Origin: Octopus vulgaris
Taxonomy: Eukaryota
NCBI GenBank assembly: GCA_951406725.2
Contig: OX597814.1
Location: 73,532,001 to 73,596,000 of the forward strand
Length of the DNA stretch: 64,000 nt
Reading direction: 5' to 3'
In this document: positions 41,171-55,436 of the stretch, piece by piece
Numbering within the stretch: the stretch's first letter is position 1
How the letters are laid out: each line of letters begins with the position of its first letter
Made by a program: the position numbers and the translations under genes
The notes under the pieces: model-generated
Databases searched by the model: none
The model's input: the letters and a program-made list of their open reading frames with translations, nothing else
Told to the model about the DNA's origin: nothing

Positions 41171-43779
41171 TTAGCACATCAAGAGTCGTGTAGATCACCG
41201 TTTCTCATAAGAAGTGGGGCTGTAAGAATTAAAAAGGAGACAAACAAGTTGTCATGTTTAACACAAAATTAAAGATGGTTCTAAACTTGCCTAACGCTAT
41301 GGCGGAGAAACAATAATTACATACGTGCAAGCTTTAGAGGAGTGGCAAACTAATTCACTAATATTTGGGGGACGGAGAGTGTAATGCTGATATTTCTAAA
41401 TTTAAGAACCATTCATATAGACATATAAAAATGAAACCAAGTTCTTACTACCATTTATTGATAGGCTGTGGGTAGTAGAGGCTATAATAAAAAGGAAGGG
41501 ACGGGCGAGAGTAACTCTTTGTCACACCTCTACTAACTTGTTAAATAGAAATTTAATATTGATCTCATTTAAACCTATGCAACTAGGGTAAGCCAATACA
41601 TTTTAGGAAATATATCTCACAAATAATAATTTTATGATGGTTAGAAGTGTTTGTAACATCTGTAATTGGGATAATAGATTTTCACAACCATCACCATCAT
41701 AGCAATATTATTTACACGATATATCTACTAGAACGTATCAAAATATTTCAAATTCATATATTTAAATGTGATCGAAACTAAATCTCTATTTAAAGAGATA
41801 CACAAAATTTCAGCTTAAACCAGGAATCGAGCGTCTTTTTTATCTCTCTTCTGATATCATTCCTATATAAAATGTATGCCATATTGCATTTTCAAGTAAA
41901 TCAACCAAACCACAACATGTATATAAGACTATTACTATAGTATTGTAGGATGTTTCTTTTGCTCCAGATTGATATTTAGAGATGCTACAATATATTGTGC
42001 TAACCTACCGGATTTACGGGCAATATTTCATATATCCGTTAATACTTTAGTATACACTTAGCACTCAAAAGTCTACAACCGCTAATTGTAAATGAATACA
42101 GCTTACTAACCTAAGCAATTGGTGTTATATAACTATTGAACGTTTCGTTAGGTTTCAGGATTTAATGAGTTCAGATACATCGAAATGCGTGAAAACAACA
42201 GGGAATCTCACTAGCCTAACCTTAATTGTATAAAGTCGTAGCAATTAGTTGTGAATAAACCTATAAATGCCAGTGTCCATGTACTAAATAATTTACGAAG
42301 AAAAATGCAAAATTCTGTGAATATTTCAATATCTGTCACTTTTTAAGATTCTGCTGTACTTTCGCTAATCCCAGTTACGAAATAGAAAAATATAACAAAC
42401 CATTTAAGCGAAAATATAGTGTGGCACACATTTTGCATTGTATTTATGAGGTTAAAGTTTAATACATGACTCCGGATTTGGAAAGATAATCCAACACCGC
42501 TGATGACTTCTATAAGAAGTGGACGTGAAAGGTCAAACGAACATATCGGAAGTATGTGTATTTTCCATTTTCAATACTTCTACTGAAGAAAATAACATCT
42601 TTGAACTGTACAACCTATAAATATATTCAAGTACCTTCCATATGAATCACTGTGTTGAGACTTTGCATTGATGTCATTTAGCAAGCACGAATCATTTCTT
42701 TTAATTTTGTTGCTTTGTCTACTATAACAACCACTTCGATAATTACCCGATTGAAGTTTGTCTTTTCAATGTTGAGAAACACTAATAAATGCCATTATTT
42801 TAATCTTACCTTTATTCTTTAATTCTTTCATACGTTATCCCCCACTCCATACTTTTTCCTGCAGTTGAAAAAAGAATCGATTGCCATCAGCTTCGACTAT
42901 CTAAGACGATCTGCGGTGGAGCCACCGGGATAGACTCCACTTCACTTCCAAACCAATCAAAGTATTTATATCTATCATTCAAAGGTAAAGTAATATTTAA
43001 TTACTCTAGATCGAATCCCCTATTGTATGCGAGACATGGTTATTAGTGACGGCAGTAGATTAATGCAGATGGAAGAGTTTTCTCCTGTTGCTTAACCAAG
43101 ACTATCAAACAATTAACTGTGTAGTAATAATATTAGTAATAAGGAAACAACAGTTACAATATTAGTAACAACATTATCTTTTACTGAAATGGTTACTTAA
43201 CATACACCGCATTATTATAAACAACAAAGCAAAATAAGAAAAAAATTAAGTAACAACACTTTAACAAGCCAGTTAATTCATATCCTTTTTCAGGATTTAT
43301 ATTTTAATGGTATACAATGTGAATAATTTGACATGGTACAAAAATAAACATTAATATCTCGGAAATATTTGGGTGTGTCTGTGTGTGAGCGTGTGTGAGT
43401 GTATACATTTTCTCTCGTTTTGCCTTTTCCAGATTTTTGTCATTTTTTTTGTAAGTAAATTTGTGTGTTAAACGACAGCCCGAATGCAATATCCTGCAAA
43501 GTCATTGAAATTCTCATAAGTCTCATAATGAAATTTTTTTTATCACAGAATGCCACTTACTTTTTAGACGTTCGTATCCTGTTTGAAAAAAAAACATATA
43601 AAAAGACCCACTAAACGTTCGATATATTGAAATAATTATCTATGATTACCTCTTCTTTTCTGTCAGAAAGTTAATACAAATTTTAGTGACTTCATTGAAG
43701 GCAATTACTATTTGAAGCAAATAATTTTGTTTTAGGAGCTGGTTGTCTTTGTTGTGTCGACCCCGTGGCAGTAAGAAAC

Positions 43780-43863
<84 letters not shown>
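43780..43863. repeat. (ATT)n microsatellite
   Basis: Direct sequence. Confidence 0.95.
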
Positions 43864-44677
43864 CGCTTTAGAAGATGTGGAAATGGAAAAAAAATAACAG
43901 TGTATGATTTTGATTATTGACATTATAGGGACAAAAGTCTAACTGAATGAATCTATGCCAAAATTTATTTTATCATGCTGCCGAGCGTTGAGCTCTAGGG
44001 TGAAAGGAAGCAATTAATATCAAAAGGCGTTTTTGTAAAAGCACATTGCCAATTCTGATCTTCATAATAACAATGATGTATAACCTTAGCAGAAGACCAC
44101 ACACTCGGAGTTATTAAGATAGTTGACTTAATCGACCACGGTATTCGATTAGTACGTTTTATCGACTACAGAACTGAAATGAGACTGATAGAATTTGAAC
44201 TCCAGGGGCAAATAGATGTGATTAAATACTGCAAGACATTTTATCTAGTGTTTTACTGATTCTACCATCTATGATAATAATGATTTCGTATATATGCGCA
44301 ATCACGAGGTCACACCTTTGGAGGAAGAGTACCACCGACTTAATGTCCTCTACTGCATAACTGGAAGATATTTTATCGATCCAGGAAGGTTGAAAAGTAA
44401 AGTCGAATTGGTGGGATTTGATTTCTGAGCATGAAGAGACAAAGCTACATACCACTGAGAATCCTGCTAATCTATGCACTCTCTATCAATAAAAAATATA
44501 TATAATAAAGGTTGTGGACATAAGGCCTAACGTTTCTTGGGAGAGTGGTAACGGAGGCTGTGAAGCTTATTAAATTCTCAAGAGCATTATCTACTTTTTT
44601 TCTGAGGACAGTTTCAAGATAGTTTGCGTTTAGTTTATGCACAGGATATATAGAACATCACAGCGTGCGTTACAAAA

Positions 44678-44715
44678 ATGATGTTGATGACGACGATGAA
44701 ATTGATGATGATGAC

Positions 44716-44756
<41 letters not shown>

Positions 44757-44799
44757 CGACGACGACGACGACGATGATGATGATGATGATGATGATGAT
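44678..44799. repeat. (GAT/GAC)n microsatellite
   Basis: Direct sequence. Confidence 0.95.
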
Positions 44800-46964
44800 A
44801 GTATTAATAAAAGGCAAAGTTGACGAGTTTTCAACTCAGATCGTAAATGGACGTAACTAAACAATGTTACTGCTGTGTTGCTGGTGCAATAATTGTTGCT
44901 ATTATTATATTACAATAACTGTACCCAATGAAAGAAACCTTATTCTTATTGCTTGTTGCTGTTGCTGTTGTTATTGTTGTTGTTGCAGTTAATTGCTTTA
45001 TTTTTTACATTTTCTTCAGGTGGTTCACTTGTTTGCTTTTATTTTTGTCATTAGGATATTTATGTCATGCTTTTATACGTACGTAATTATGTGGACACTC
45101 ACATAAACAAACATATATACGTTTAAAACGTAACAAGTTTTAATACAGGGCAAGTAAGGATAACAGAATTGTTGCTGTTCATTTTCAAACCTGTGTTTTT
45201 GATTTTACATAGAACTCTAACACTAACTACGTTTAACTGTAAACTTAGCTCAAACTTGCTCCCAAATAGAACACCTCGAGGGGAATTACATATACTAGAA
45301 TTACCAATATACATATAAACGGTAAGCAAATTGAGACGACAGAATATATACAAAACAGTATAAACAAACAAAAAGGAGAAGCGTGTTGGAAAAATATTTA
45401 TATAAAATGCCCTTCTTTCTTAGATAGACAGAAAGTCAGAAATCACACCGAATGAAATAGATTTTGTAAAGTATATATGCCTTTCCCACAGGTGATACAT
45501 GTAAATGAAGCCAATGGTCTTCAACTAGGAATATAAATGAGGCTGTTGAACCTGCCATTATGCAACAACTGGTAATTATATTGATTGTATGGATAGCCTT
45601 GGGAGTTTGAGAAAAAAAAGAAGACTGACTTGTAAGAAGGAGAAAGATATTGTGGCGCTCACATTTTTTACAAGAGCTTTAGCGACTACACTGAAGTTAA
45701 ATAGCATTTTGTAAGGGTCAAAACCCAATCGAAGTTTCAATTTACTTTGTACATTATTAAATACATTAAATATATTTACGGTAAATATGCAACATCAGTC
45801 TATAGCTATAATGAAATATGAAAGAGAGAGAAAAAAGAGAAAGAGAGAGAGGGCTTGACGATGAGAAATAGAGAGAAAAAAGTACTTTTATAGTGAAATA
45901 AGGAACTTTAGATTTCTCTCTTAGATTACTTTCTATTGCATTCTATTTTGATTTCTTTCAAAGATAATTAAGAAAATTTGCCTTTGAAATAGCTAAAATA
46001 CTTATTGTATGTTTTCTTAATCATATTAATGTGTTAAGTCACCATGCTACATCTGATAATTTTCTAACCAATGTAAGTTAGTCAGATCTTGCTCATGTCT
46101 GTTCATAACATATTTCAAATACATTCTAGTTTAAGTATGACAAATATAAACAGAGCAGGAGAGGTACGTTTGTATGTATGTATGTATGTATGTATGTATG
46201 TATCTGTCTATTTCTCTCTTACTCTCTCTCTCTCTCTCTCTCTACACACGCACACACTTACACACATATATACATGCACATATATTTACACATATACACA
46301 TGTGAATGTGTGCATATAAAATAGCAAAAATATGCATATGTATCTACAGAAATGGATAAATATAGAAACGCTTTGATGCAGTTTAATGTTTCTTTTCTTA
46401 GTTCCGAGATCTAGTGTTAAAATTGAGGAGCAATTCTTGTAAAGAACCGTATATATTTATTTGTTGCTCATTGCCTCAAATAAGGTGGCTTAAATAATAA
46501 TGAGAGGGATTTGGAATTTGGGGTACGAAACAACCGACAACAAAACTTTAATGAGACAATGAGAGAGCTAACGTGATCGCTCGATCTGTTTGAAATAAAA
46601 GTCAACTATCCCTAGGAAATACACATGTTATAATATTGACCTAGATTCACTATGTCTTATAACGAAAAAGACGGGATAGTCTCAGCTTGAGTGGTTTTGA
46701 TTATGGGTTTCCTTCATCGGGATTGACCTTGAGCTAAACAACAATACATCAGAGAGAAATTTACTGACTGGACGTTATCTTTTGACAACAGGACCACTTA
46801 TCAGAAGGTAAAAAACCGGAACAAATACCTAAGACATTTTGCCCGATACTCTAACGATTCTGCCAATCCACTATATAAAACAATAAACACAGTAACGACT
46901 CAACAATAACAATTACAACAACAGCATAAGCAACAAAACAACAATAAAACGAGCAACAACAATC

Positions 46965-47372
46965 ATCCTTTCAATTGTTGGTGTAAGAACTGAAATTTGG
47001 AAAAAAGGTCTAGTCGATTGCACAGACCCCAGTACTCGACTGGTACTTATTTTATCGACCGCGAAAGGACGAAGTTAACCTCGGCAGGATTCCAAATCAG
47101 GATGGAACATCTTTCGTATGTCTCTCTATTGGGTCATGCATAATAAATACATGTTGGTTTCAAATTTTTGCACAAGGCCAGTAATTTTGAGGCAGGGATA
47201 AGTCGTTTACATCGACTCCAGTGCTCATCTGGTATTTATTTTATCGACTCCAAAAGGATGAAAGGCAAAGTCGACCTCGAAGAATTTGAACTCAGAATGT
47301 GAAATATCTTTAATAATGAAATATATTTAAGCATTTTGCTCGCCGTACAAATGATTGTGCCGACTCGCCGTT
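46965..47372 (-). mobile_element. Two SINE family A copies
   Basis: aaggatgaaaggcaaagtcgacctcgaagaatttgaactcagaa...gactcgccg is the reverse complement of 7905-8060. Confidence 0.8.
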
Positions 47373-47789
47373 TTATAATGGCTTTGGTATAATGGCTTAG
47401 GTTTGGTATTACCAAACCTATGAATGCTGTTGTAGGTAATGGTGACAGCGGAGATGCTTGCGCTAGTTATGTTGGTAGATCTAGAAACAAAACTATGGTT
47501 AGTGGACGGTCAATTGGAGTAAGTTAACTGGCAGGAAGAACTCGTCGATATTATTATAGCTTCTTATTAAGACTGCTAATTCACAGCAATCATTTGTATA
47601 CAATACATTAATAGCTGTGTGTGTGTGTTGTATGTGTGTGTACGAGAAAGTGTTTATAGTATATATATATACATACATGTATGTGTGTGAGAGAGAGAGA
47701 GAGAGAGAGAAAGAGAAAGAGTATGTGCGTGCTTGTGTATATATATATATATATATATACATGCGCATATAAATACATAGATACATATA

Positions 47790-47879
<90 letters not shown>

Positions 47880-48212
47880 AATATGTGTGTGTGTGTGTTT
47901 TCTTGTATGTATACATACGCGCACATACATTCGTAATACATCTGTTTGTTTCCCGTACTAGGATCTACAACCATAGAAACATACTTAGGATTTATAAGTA
48001 TATATTTTAATCAATTTGTCAACACTATATACAACGAAAGACCAACAACAATTTTAATCTCTCTCTCTTTCTCTTTTATTACCATTTGTCTTCTCCTTTC
48101 GTACACACTCACATACACATACACACATATATACCAGCATAACGGTATGTAAATAAGAAATCTCGTTTCAATTTGTTCCTTACTATATACATGATATAAA
48201 TATTGCCTGCGT

Positions 48213-48280
<68 letters not shown>

Positions 48281-48331
48281 TAATAATAATAATAATAATA
48301 ATTATTATTATTTATTTAAGTAAAATTAATG

Positions 48332-48381
<50 letters not shown>

Positions 48382-48920
48382 CGTTTTTGATCTGGTACTG
48401 GACTAAATTCAAAATCTTTCTCTACCGTCTCGAGTATGTCCATGATTTTACTTAAATAAATAAGATATCTCTTTCAGTTATAAATAGGGACATTGTTGTG
48501 GAGAGAAACTGGAAATAGGTGTGTTTTGCCTTTTGAAAAATCTATTAAACAATTTCGGTTAAAATATGTTTTAACAGGCAAATAAACTAAGTTGCAGATC
48601 CGTGTAGTAATGTATTTACCGGGTAATAATCTACAGTATGCATCAATAAATACCTCACAGAGAGAAATAATTATCAGATTGGGAGTTAGAATACTTACGG
48701 CATTTCTTCCTATTAAGAATATTTATGTTGCGTCTTCATTGAAATACGCTGCGTGTGACAAATTAATCACATGCATATTATATTGATTTTATATTGCGAA
48801 AAAAAAAGGCATTGTATTTTCACTGTAACAATTATATGGGCTCAATGGCGTAGATTTAATTAATAAGTGTTCATATGAATTAATTTCTTTTTTTTTTGGG
48901 GGGGGGGTTAATAATAATAC

Positions 48921-48964
<44 letters not shown>

Positions 48965-49114
48965 TAACAAGCCGTCTGCCAGTTTTCTCCTCACCAGTAC
49001 TTGTATATTTTCAGCACAATCAGTCAATTAACAATATGCGTGCGTGTCTATTTATGTATATATATATATTATATACATTATGTATATCATATATATTTTA
49101 TGTAGTTATTATAC

Positions 49115-49164
<50 letters not shown>

Positions 49165-50231
49165 ATATATATATATATATATATATAAATACACATGCAT
49201 ACACATACATGTACACATACATTCGTACATGCACATACACACACGCACAGATGTTCATTTGTGTGTGGGTGTCTCTAGCTGTAGTGTATATGTCTACGCA
49301 CGTGTCAGGCGGGCATAAATGTATCATTGCGTGACTTAATGAGATTGATTATGTGTAGGCTTTAAAAAAGTGTACTTCACGTTTATGCGTGGTTTCTGAC
49401 TTTGTCGCACGGGAATGACATCCAGATTGAATATAATCTATATTTAGTACATTGACAACAACTCATCTGACGTCATAAGTGAAGGTAATATATGAGTAAA
49501 ATGCTTAGAAATATAAATAAGATTTCAAAAGTAGTAGAAGCCTATAAATATTGATAATGATGGAAATGATGTCGGCTTTTCCGCGATAATGAAGACGTTA
49601 GTTATGATAGTATGATAAACATGACAGTATAAAAAGGTATATAACAACAACAATATAATAATGTTAATTGTAGTGATGATAATGGGGATGAAAATCGGAC
49701 TGTCCATTCATACTTGAAAAAAATCATTCATATAAAGTTTGATTTTCTTCAATAACAAAAGAAAAAGTTAAGAAAAATACAAGAATACGAAACATAAACA
49801 AAAACAAAAACAAAACAAAAAGAGTTTTGTTTTTTAGAGTCAGTTAATTTCTTTTGGTTAATGGTTCCAAAACACATGGTATCTGTTGATAACAGATTTG
49901 TTCCCATTTTGGTAGTTTTATTTGTCCAAATATAGTTAACAAGTATATGCCAAACTTCATGATATTTGGGCTTCACCTCTTTTTATTCTTTTTGCACATC
50001 CGTTGATTTTAATTCTTAAAATGCACGTAGGAATTCTATTTGCTTCAGTCACAATGCTCATTTGATTTCTTAGATTGAATTTTCAAACAATATCTTCGTG
50101 GTTTTCGGTCGATTTAAATAAAGGATCTGTCCCATATTACTGCGATGGATGACCTCACCTAAACTCTAACCGTAAGAAATTATTTGCGCTTAGAAATGTG
50201 TTTCCCTCCTTGTTATCTTTTTTTTAATCAC

Positions 50232-51830
50232 TCAAGGAATTTTGCGGGAATCATGGGACGGAGTCGAAGAAGTTTGTTCATGTATTACTTCCGGTTCATT
50301 ATTTTGTGGGATTCCATAATAAAGAAGAGCTTCTTCGAAGCGTCTTTGTTTAGAGTTTCGATTTTTACACCAAGACCTAAATGCTTTACGGAAGTCACTG
50401 TTGCAGAGACCATAAAGGAAAGGATTGATGGCAGAGTTGGTGGCGAGAACCCAATAACTTATTGTCATAGCAAGAGACGGTATATACCAACTCCCGTAGG
50501 CAGATCTCAGAATGCTGCACACGGTGTATGGTGTCCAACAAAGTGTGAAAACTAGTACAAGAAAGCCCAGCGAGCAGGCAGCTTTCTTGTCCTGTTTGAC
50601 GAACATGTCTTTAACCAAATCATCACTTTGACGGCGCAGAGCCAAACCACTACGGCTACCGGAGCTGGAGGAACCGCTACTGCTGCTGCTGCTATTACTA
50701 CTGGTGCTTCCACCCTTGGTTAACCCAATAATAGAGTATCGCTTCTGTTTTGTAACAGGCATCATCATTCCAGTAGCATCGAAAGAAACATGTCTCTTAT
50801 GTTGAATGATTCGAGCATATTGTGCGAATGCTGAGGTATTCGATACATAGTGACTTAGTGGATTTCGTCTCGTTGATAAAGGACCCACAAAAGAGTTTCT
50901 TTTTTCATCACATATTAACATACCACCAACATTGCTTCCTTTCCGATGAATATTTGGTAGCATGTTGTCAAGAAACTCTTCCAGCTGCCCCATAGTATCC
51001 GATTCTGAGGATGATTTTCGGTAATTGAGGAAGAAAGTGTCCGATGTGCTTAGAGATCGTCGAATTTTCATTCCTTTCCGCTGACTAATCTTAAAATAAA
51101 TACTAGCGTTAATTATCCACAAAGCTAGTAACGGTAACAAATATAAGATAATAGAAGTCAACGCAATGAAGATTAGATTATTTTCAAATGGGGCATGGCA
51201 AGTCACTTGGGTACTATCAATGGAGATTACAGGTTGTGAAGGTGTAGTTTCAGAAGCAATTGGTCCAACGGTAGATGATAATATAGAAAACAATGTTTTT
51301 GGTGTGACAACTACTTGGTTTTTACTATGGTCGACATCATTCCATCCAAGTGTTGGTGGAGCATAAATAGCAAAGCTAAGTCCCCAGCTGAACAAAACAG
51401 ACCAGAGAGCAAGTTTTCTGCTTTGACGGACTCGATAGGAAAATGGGTGGTTTATAGACCACCATCGATCTACAGATATCAGCATGATACTAAGTAGAGA
51501 GATATAGAACAATGAATATCGAAACATGAGGAACACCCTGCAGAAAGGCCCTTGTATTGACCATAATCTTCCTCCTAGTTCTTCAAGTATGTAAACAGGC
51601 ATCGTACATCCAATGAGAAAGTCAGCAAATGCAAGGCTGACAATGAAAATGTTCTTACATTTCCGAAGTTGTTTGTAGCGAATAAACATTATAGTGACCA
51701 GTCCGTTACCAATAAGTGTAATTAAAGTTAGAGTAATGACTGGTAATACTTTTAGATATTTCCAAAACTCCACGCTATCTCCACCGACAGGAGATGGTCC
51801 CATCAAAATATCTTTGGAAACATTTTCCAT
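50232..51830 (-). CDS. Class A (rhodopsin-like) GPCR, aminergic scaffold (histamine H3/H4- or muscarinic-like), 532 aa, intronless CDS
   Basis: Intact ORF; GN (TM1), SLAFAD (TM2), C3.25, ISVDRW, W4.50, LLP (TM5), long Ser-rich ICL3, CWTPY (TM6), NSAINPFLY (TM7), helix 8 DFRKAF. Confidence 0.95.
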   Translation of the reverse strand: MENVSKDILMGPSPVGGDSVEFWKYLKVLPVITLTLITLIGNGLVTIMFIRYKQLRKCKNIFIVSLAFADFLIGCTMPVYILEELGGRLWSIQGPFCRVFLMFRYSLFYISLLSIMLISVDRWWSINHPFSYRVRQSRKLALWSVLFSWGLSFAIYAPPTLGWNDVDHSKNQVVVTPKTLFSILSSTVGPIASETTPSQPVISIDSTQVTCHAPFENNLIFIALTSIILYLLPLLALWIINASIYFKISQRKGMKIRRSLSTSDTFFLNYRKSSSESDTMGQLEEFLDNMLPNIHRKGSNVGGMLICDEKRNSFVGPLSTRRNPLSHYVSNTSAFAQYARIIQHKRHVSFDATGMMMPVTKQKRYSIIGLTKGGSTSSNSSSSSSGSSSSGSRSGLALRRQSDDLVKDMFVKQDKKAACSLGFLVLVFTLCWTPYTVCSILRSAYGSWYIPSLAMTISYWVLATNSAINPFLYGLCNSDFRKAFRSWCKNRNSKQRRFEEALLYYGIPQNNEPEVIHEQTSSTPSHDSRKIP

Positions 51831-52285
51831 GTTTTGTAAAATATGTAAGAAAGCTCAAAATAAAATATATGTAATTTAAAATAGAATTGGAAAGTCAAAA
51901 ATAGTGAAAAAATTAATTCACACATTCATGGGCACATGAAAACAAAAACAAGTCAAAACAGAGTGTTTAAACTGAAAACCTCCGCTTGATGACAGCGCAC
52001 TTGGCTCGTCTCTGAGTTTTCTAATCATTCCAGGTAAAATCCAAAGAAGTACCGTCCTGTTTTAGAGTCAAAGACAAAAACATAACAAAAGGAAAGAAAT
52101 CGAAGGTTGTCTGAGTTGTTCAAAATATTTCAACATATTTCGTTTAGTAATAGTTCTTTAGAATTCATTTCATGTAGTGTCACTTCCAATATCTCGAATG
52201 GTAACACGAATAGTCGTCCTGTGTAAAGTTTTCAGATTTCAGAAAATATTAATTTCCACCGTTGAATAATCTTCCTCTTCGTTTT

Positions 52286-53190
52286 CTGTAAATAAATTGC
52301 AATGTGCGAGAAATGAATATTTGTCTGTATAAATATATGAATTGGTAGATAAATATAGAAATAAATGTATATTTTGTAAAAAAAAATCGATGATTTTTTT
52401 TCTGTTGAAATGTCATTAAAATGTTCATGAAGTGTATGTATATTCTGATATGCTATCTCTTAGACTGACTGAAGAGACATGTGTTCATTACAGAATATAA
52501 ATATTAAATGGCAGCTATACTGATTAGGTGTATAAATATATACGCTTAGTACAATACCATATCCTGTCAGTGTAATAAGTTTCCTACACTGATCTTGATG
52601 AAGCAACTACAACGGAGAATGTTGCCAGTCAAGTTTGCTGCAAAACTGAAGTTGCTCATTTGTTGATAGCAAGCTTGTACTATTTGTATTTCATCCTCTT
52701 TCCTTTAATTATTTGTGACTGCGCGTGTGAGTACGCGTGTGAGTGCGCATGTATAAGGGCGGTAATGTATGTGTTTGTGGGTGTATTTCTCTCTCTCCCA
52801 CTTTCTCTTTTGCATCTAATCTTCCTCTCCGCCTTACCACCTCACTTCCTGCTTTGGTTTCTGCTCGTCTGTCTTCATCTCTAACTGACTGATTCTCTCT
52901 CACTGAAAAACTAAAGGTGCTACTATATCAGTATGTGAAGAATGTGCCAGATGGTTGTAATATGTGAGGCAGACAAGAGCGTCGTTAAGTCTGTATATGG
53001 TGACCACATCAGCGTCTGCAGTTGGTGATGCCGCGTGTGGTAGTGGGTGGTTGTTGGGGGTTAGCAGAGGGGGTAGAAATAATAGAAGGGTTGAAAAAGA
53101 GTTAGAAATGAAATAAAAGTGTAACAAAATAAACAAGAAAAAAAGAACAGAATTAGAAAGATGAAAACAAGAAGAATCAAAATAACGTAC
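52286..53190 (-). other. Possible 5'-UTR intron of the GPCR
   Basis: Minus-strand donor-like CTG|GTACGT near 53190 and acceptor-like tttatttacag| near 52286; no transcript evidence. Confidence 0.3.
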
Positions 53191-53252
53191 CAGTTCCGAG
53201 TCGCTAATTTGTGTTGTGGAGAGAGAGAGGGAGAGAGAGAGGGGGGAAGGTA

Positions 53253-53283
<31 letters not shown>

Positions 53284-53815
53284 GCAGAGAAAGAAAGAAA
53301 GAGGGAGAGAGAGAAAAGGAAAAGTGAGAAATTTAAAGAATTAAAGAAAGACTTGCCGGTTGGCTATTTCATTAGCAAAAAATCAACTGTCATGTATGTG
53401 TGTGTGTGTGTGTGTGTGAAACAAGTTGGGGTGGAGGAGGAGTTGCTGGACATGGGTGATACAGAGAGGAGGATAAAGGTGCGGGTTATCGGGAACAGAA
53501 ACAAAGCGTTTTGTAAATATTTTGTCATTTATTTTCCCTCTTTATTTCTCCCCTTTTGACAATTCTCCTTTCTTTTCTCCCTTCCTCTCTCTTCTCTCTT
53601 CACTCTCTCCCTCTACTTCGCCATCTCCCTCTTCCTCTCTCTCACCCCTCTCTCGCCAAAACATTTCATTTCTTTTCTCATTCGCTTCATTATTGTAAAT
53701 ATACAGTAATCAAAACAATCCTCTCGCTATATGTGGAGTCGGTTTCTCTATAGCTCTATGCTTGTAGTTCCAGCAATATTAGTCGATCATAACAATAAAT
53801 GTATACATACATGTT

Positions 53816-53846
<31 letters not shown>

Positions 53847-54069
53847 CTGTCTGTCTGTCTGTGTAAATCCCTCCATAACAACGAAAAATTTTATCCTGTT
53901 TGTTGATATTTCTGTTAGCTCCGCTCCTTAAACAGCAACTTATTAATACAAGCAATAGTGTTAGATTTAAGACTTCGGATTTAGCTGCTTTACAATCGAT
54001 TCGTTGTTCAAATGTAACAAATGTCATGTTTGACTTATCAATTTGACGCCGAAAATATCGTTGCTATTA

Positions 54070-54104
<35 letters not shown>

Positions 54105-54185
54105 GTATGTATGTGTGTGTGTGTGTCTATATATATATGTATATACATATATATATATATACACATGCATATATATGCTGGTATT

Positions 54186-54237
<52 letters not shown>

Positions 54238-54460
54238 TACACTAATTGTCAGATATATTTATTGATAAATTCCCCTATTTTACATAATACCGAGGTCTCA
54301 TTCATTCTTTTCTTGTCATATAATAATAATAATTGTTATTATTAATAATGGTATATGTGTGTGTGTGTGTTACATCATATGTAAAGAAGCATACGTTTGT
54401 TTTTGAAGCGTTGAAATGTTTTGTAGAACAAGTAGAAAGATATATTTGGTTTTCAAAACG

Positions 54461-54574
54461 TAAACACTGAACAGTATATATAAAGGATAAAATTCTTTTT
54501 AAGAGCAGAGAAATTTGCCGGCAAACTTTTCTGCTCTTAAAAAGGATTTTATCCTTAATACTGTTCAGTATTTA
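54461..54574. repeat. Imperfect spacerless palindrome centred on TTTGCCGGCAAA
   Basis: Arms ~55 bp, complementary with a few mismatches and one indel. Confidence 0.85.
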
Positions 54575-54658
54575 TGTGTTAAAATACATATATATATGTA
54601 CATACGTACATACATGCATACATACATACATACATACATACATACATACATACATACA

Positions 54659-54694
<36 letters not shown>

Positions 54695-54804
54695 TGTGTG
54701 TGTATGTATGTATGTATGTATGTATGTATGTATGTATGTATATATATATATTTATATATGTATGTATGCATGTATGTATGTATGTATGTATGTATGTATG
54801 TATA

Positions 54805-54845
<41 letters not shown>

Positions 54846-54847
<2 letters not shown>

Positions 54848-55436
54848 ATAATAAAGGGTGAAATTAATTAATTTAGAAATAATCATTAATTTCACCAAGC
54901 AGAGTTCGGCATGTAAAAGACCCATTCAAGGAAGGTTTAAGTAATACTAAGTAATTAAGGCTTCAGCAACGATTTGCCTCACCACACACTGGATTTAGAA
55001 ATACCAGTCAAAACGTTTTGGCTATTCTTTCTACTTAAAAGGGAGATCCCAGTAAAACCAAAGCACTTAAAAAACAAACGACGCAGGTAAAAGAGAAAGA
55101 AATGACGAAAATCATTCTATATTAAGTTACCTACGGACGCACGTTTCGGAATTAAGTAATTGCAGAGCATAAAAATTAAATAATTATAATCAGGTAAGAC
55201 ATAATTATTTAATTTTTATGCTCTGCAATGACTTAATTCCGAAACGTGCGTCCGTAGGTAACTTAATATAGAATGATTTTCGTCATTTCTTTCTCTTTAA
55301 CCTGAGTCGTTTGTTTTTTAAGTGCTTTGGTTTTACTGGGATCTCCCTTTTAAGTAGAAAGAATAGCCAAAACTTTTTGACTGCTATTTCTAAATTCGCT
55401 GTGTGGTGAGGCAAATCGTTGCTGAACCCTTAATTA

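Noticed and set aside
49468-49475. TGACGTCA CRE site downstream of the GPCR
   Set aside because: A single 8-mer is expected by chance about once in 64 kb
50184-51879. Plus-strand ORFs overlapping the GPCR
   Set aside because: Antisense shadows of the real CDS
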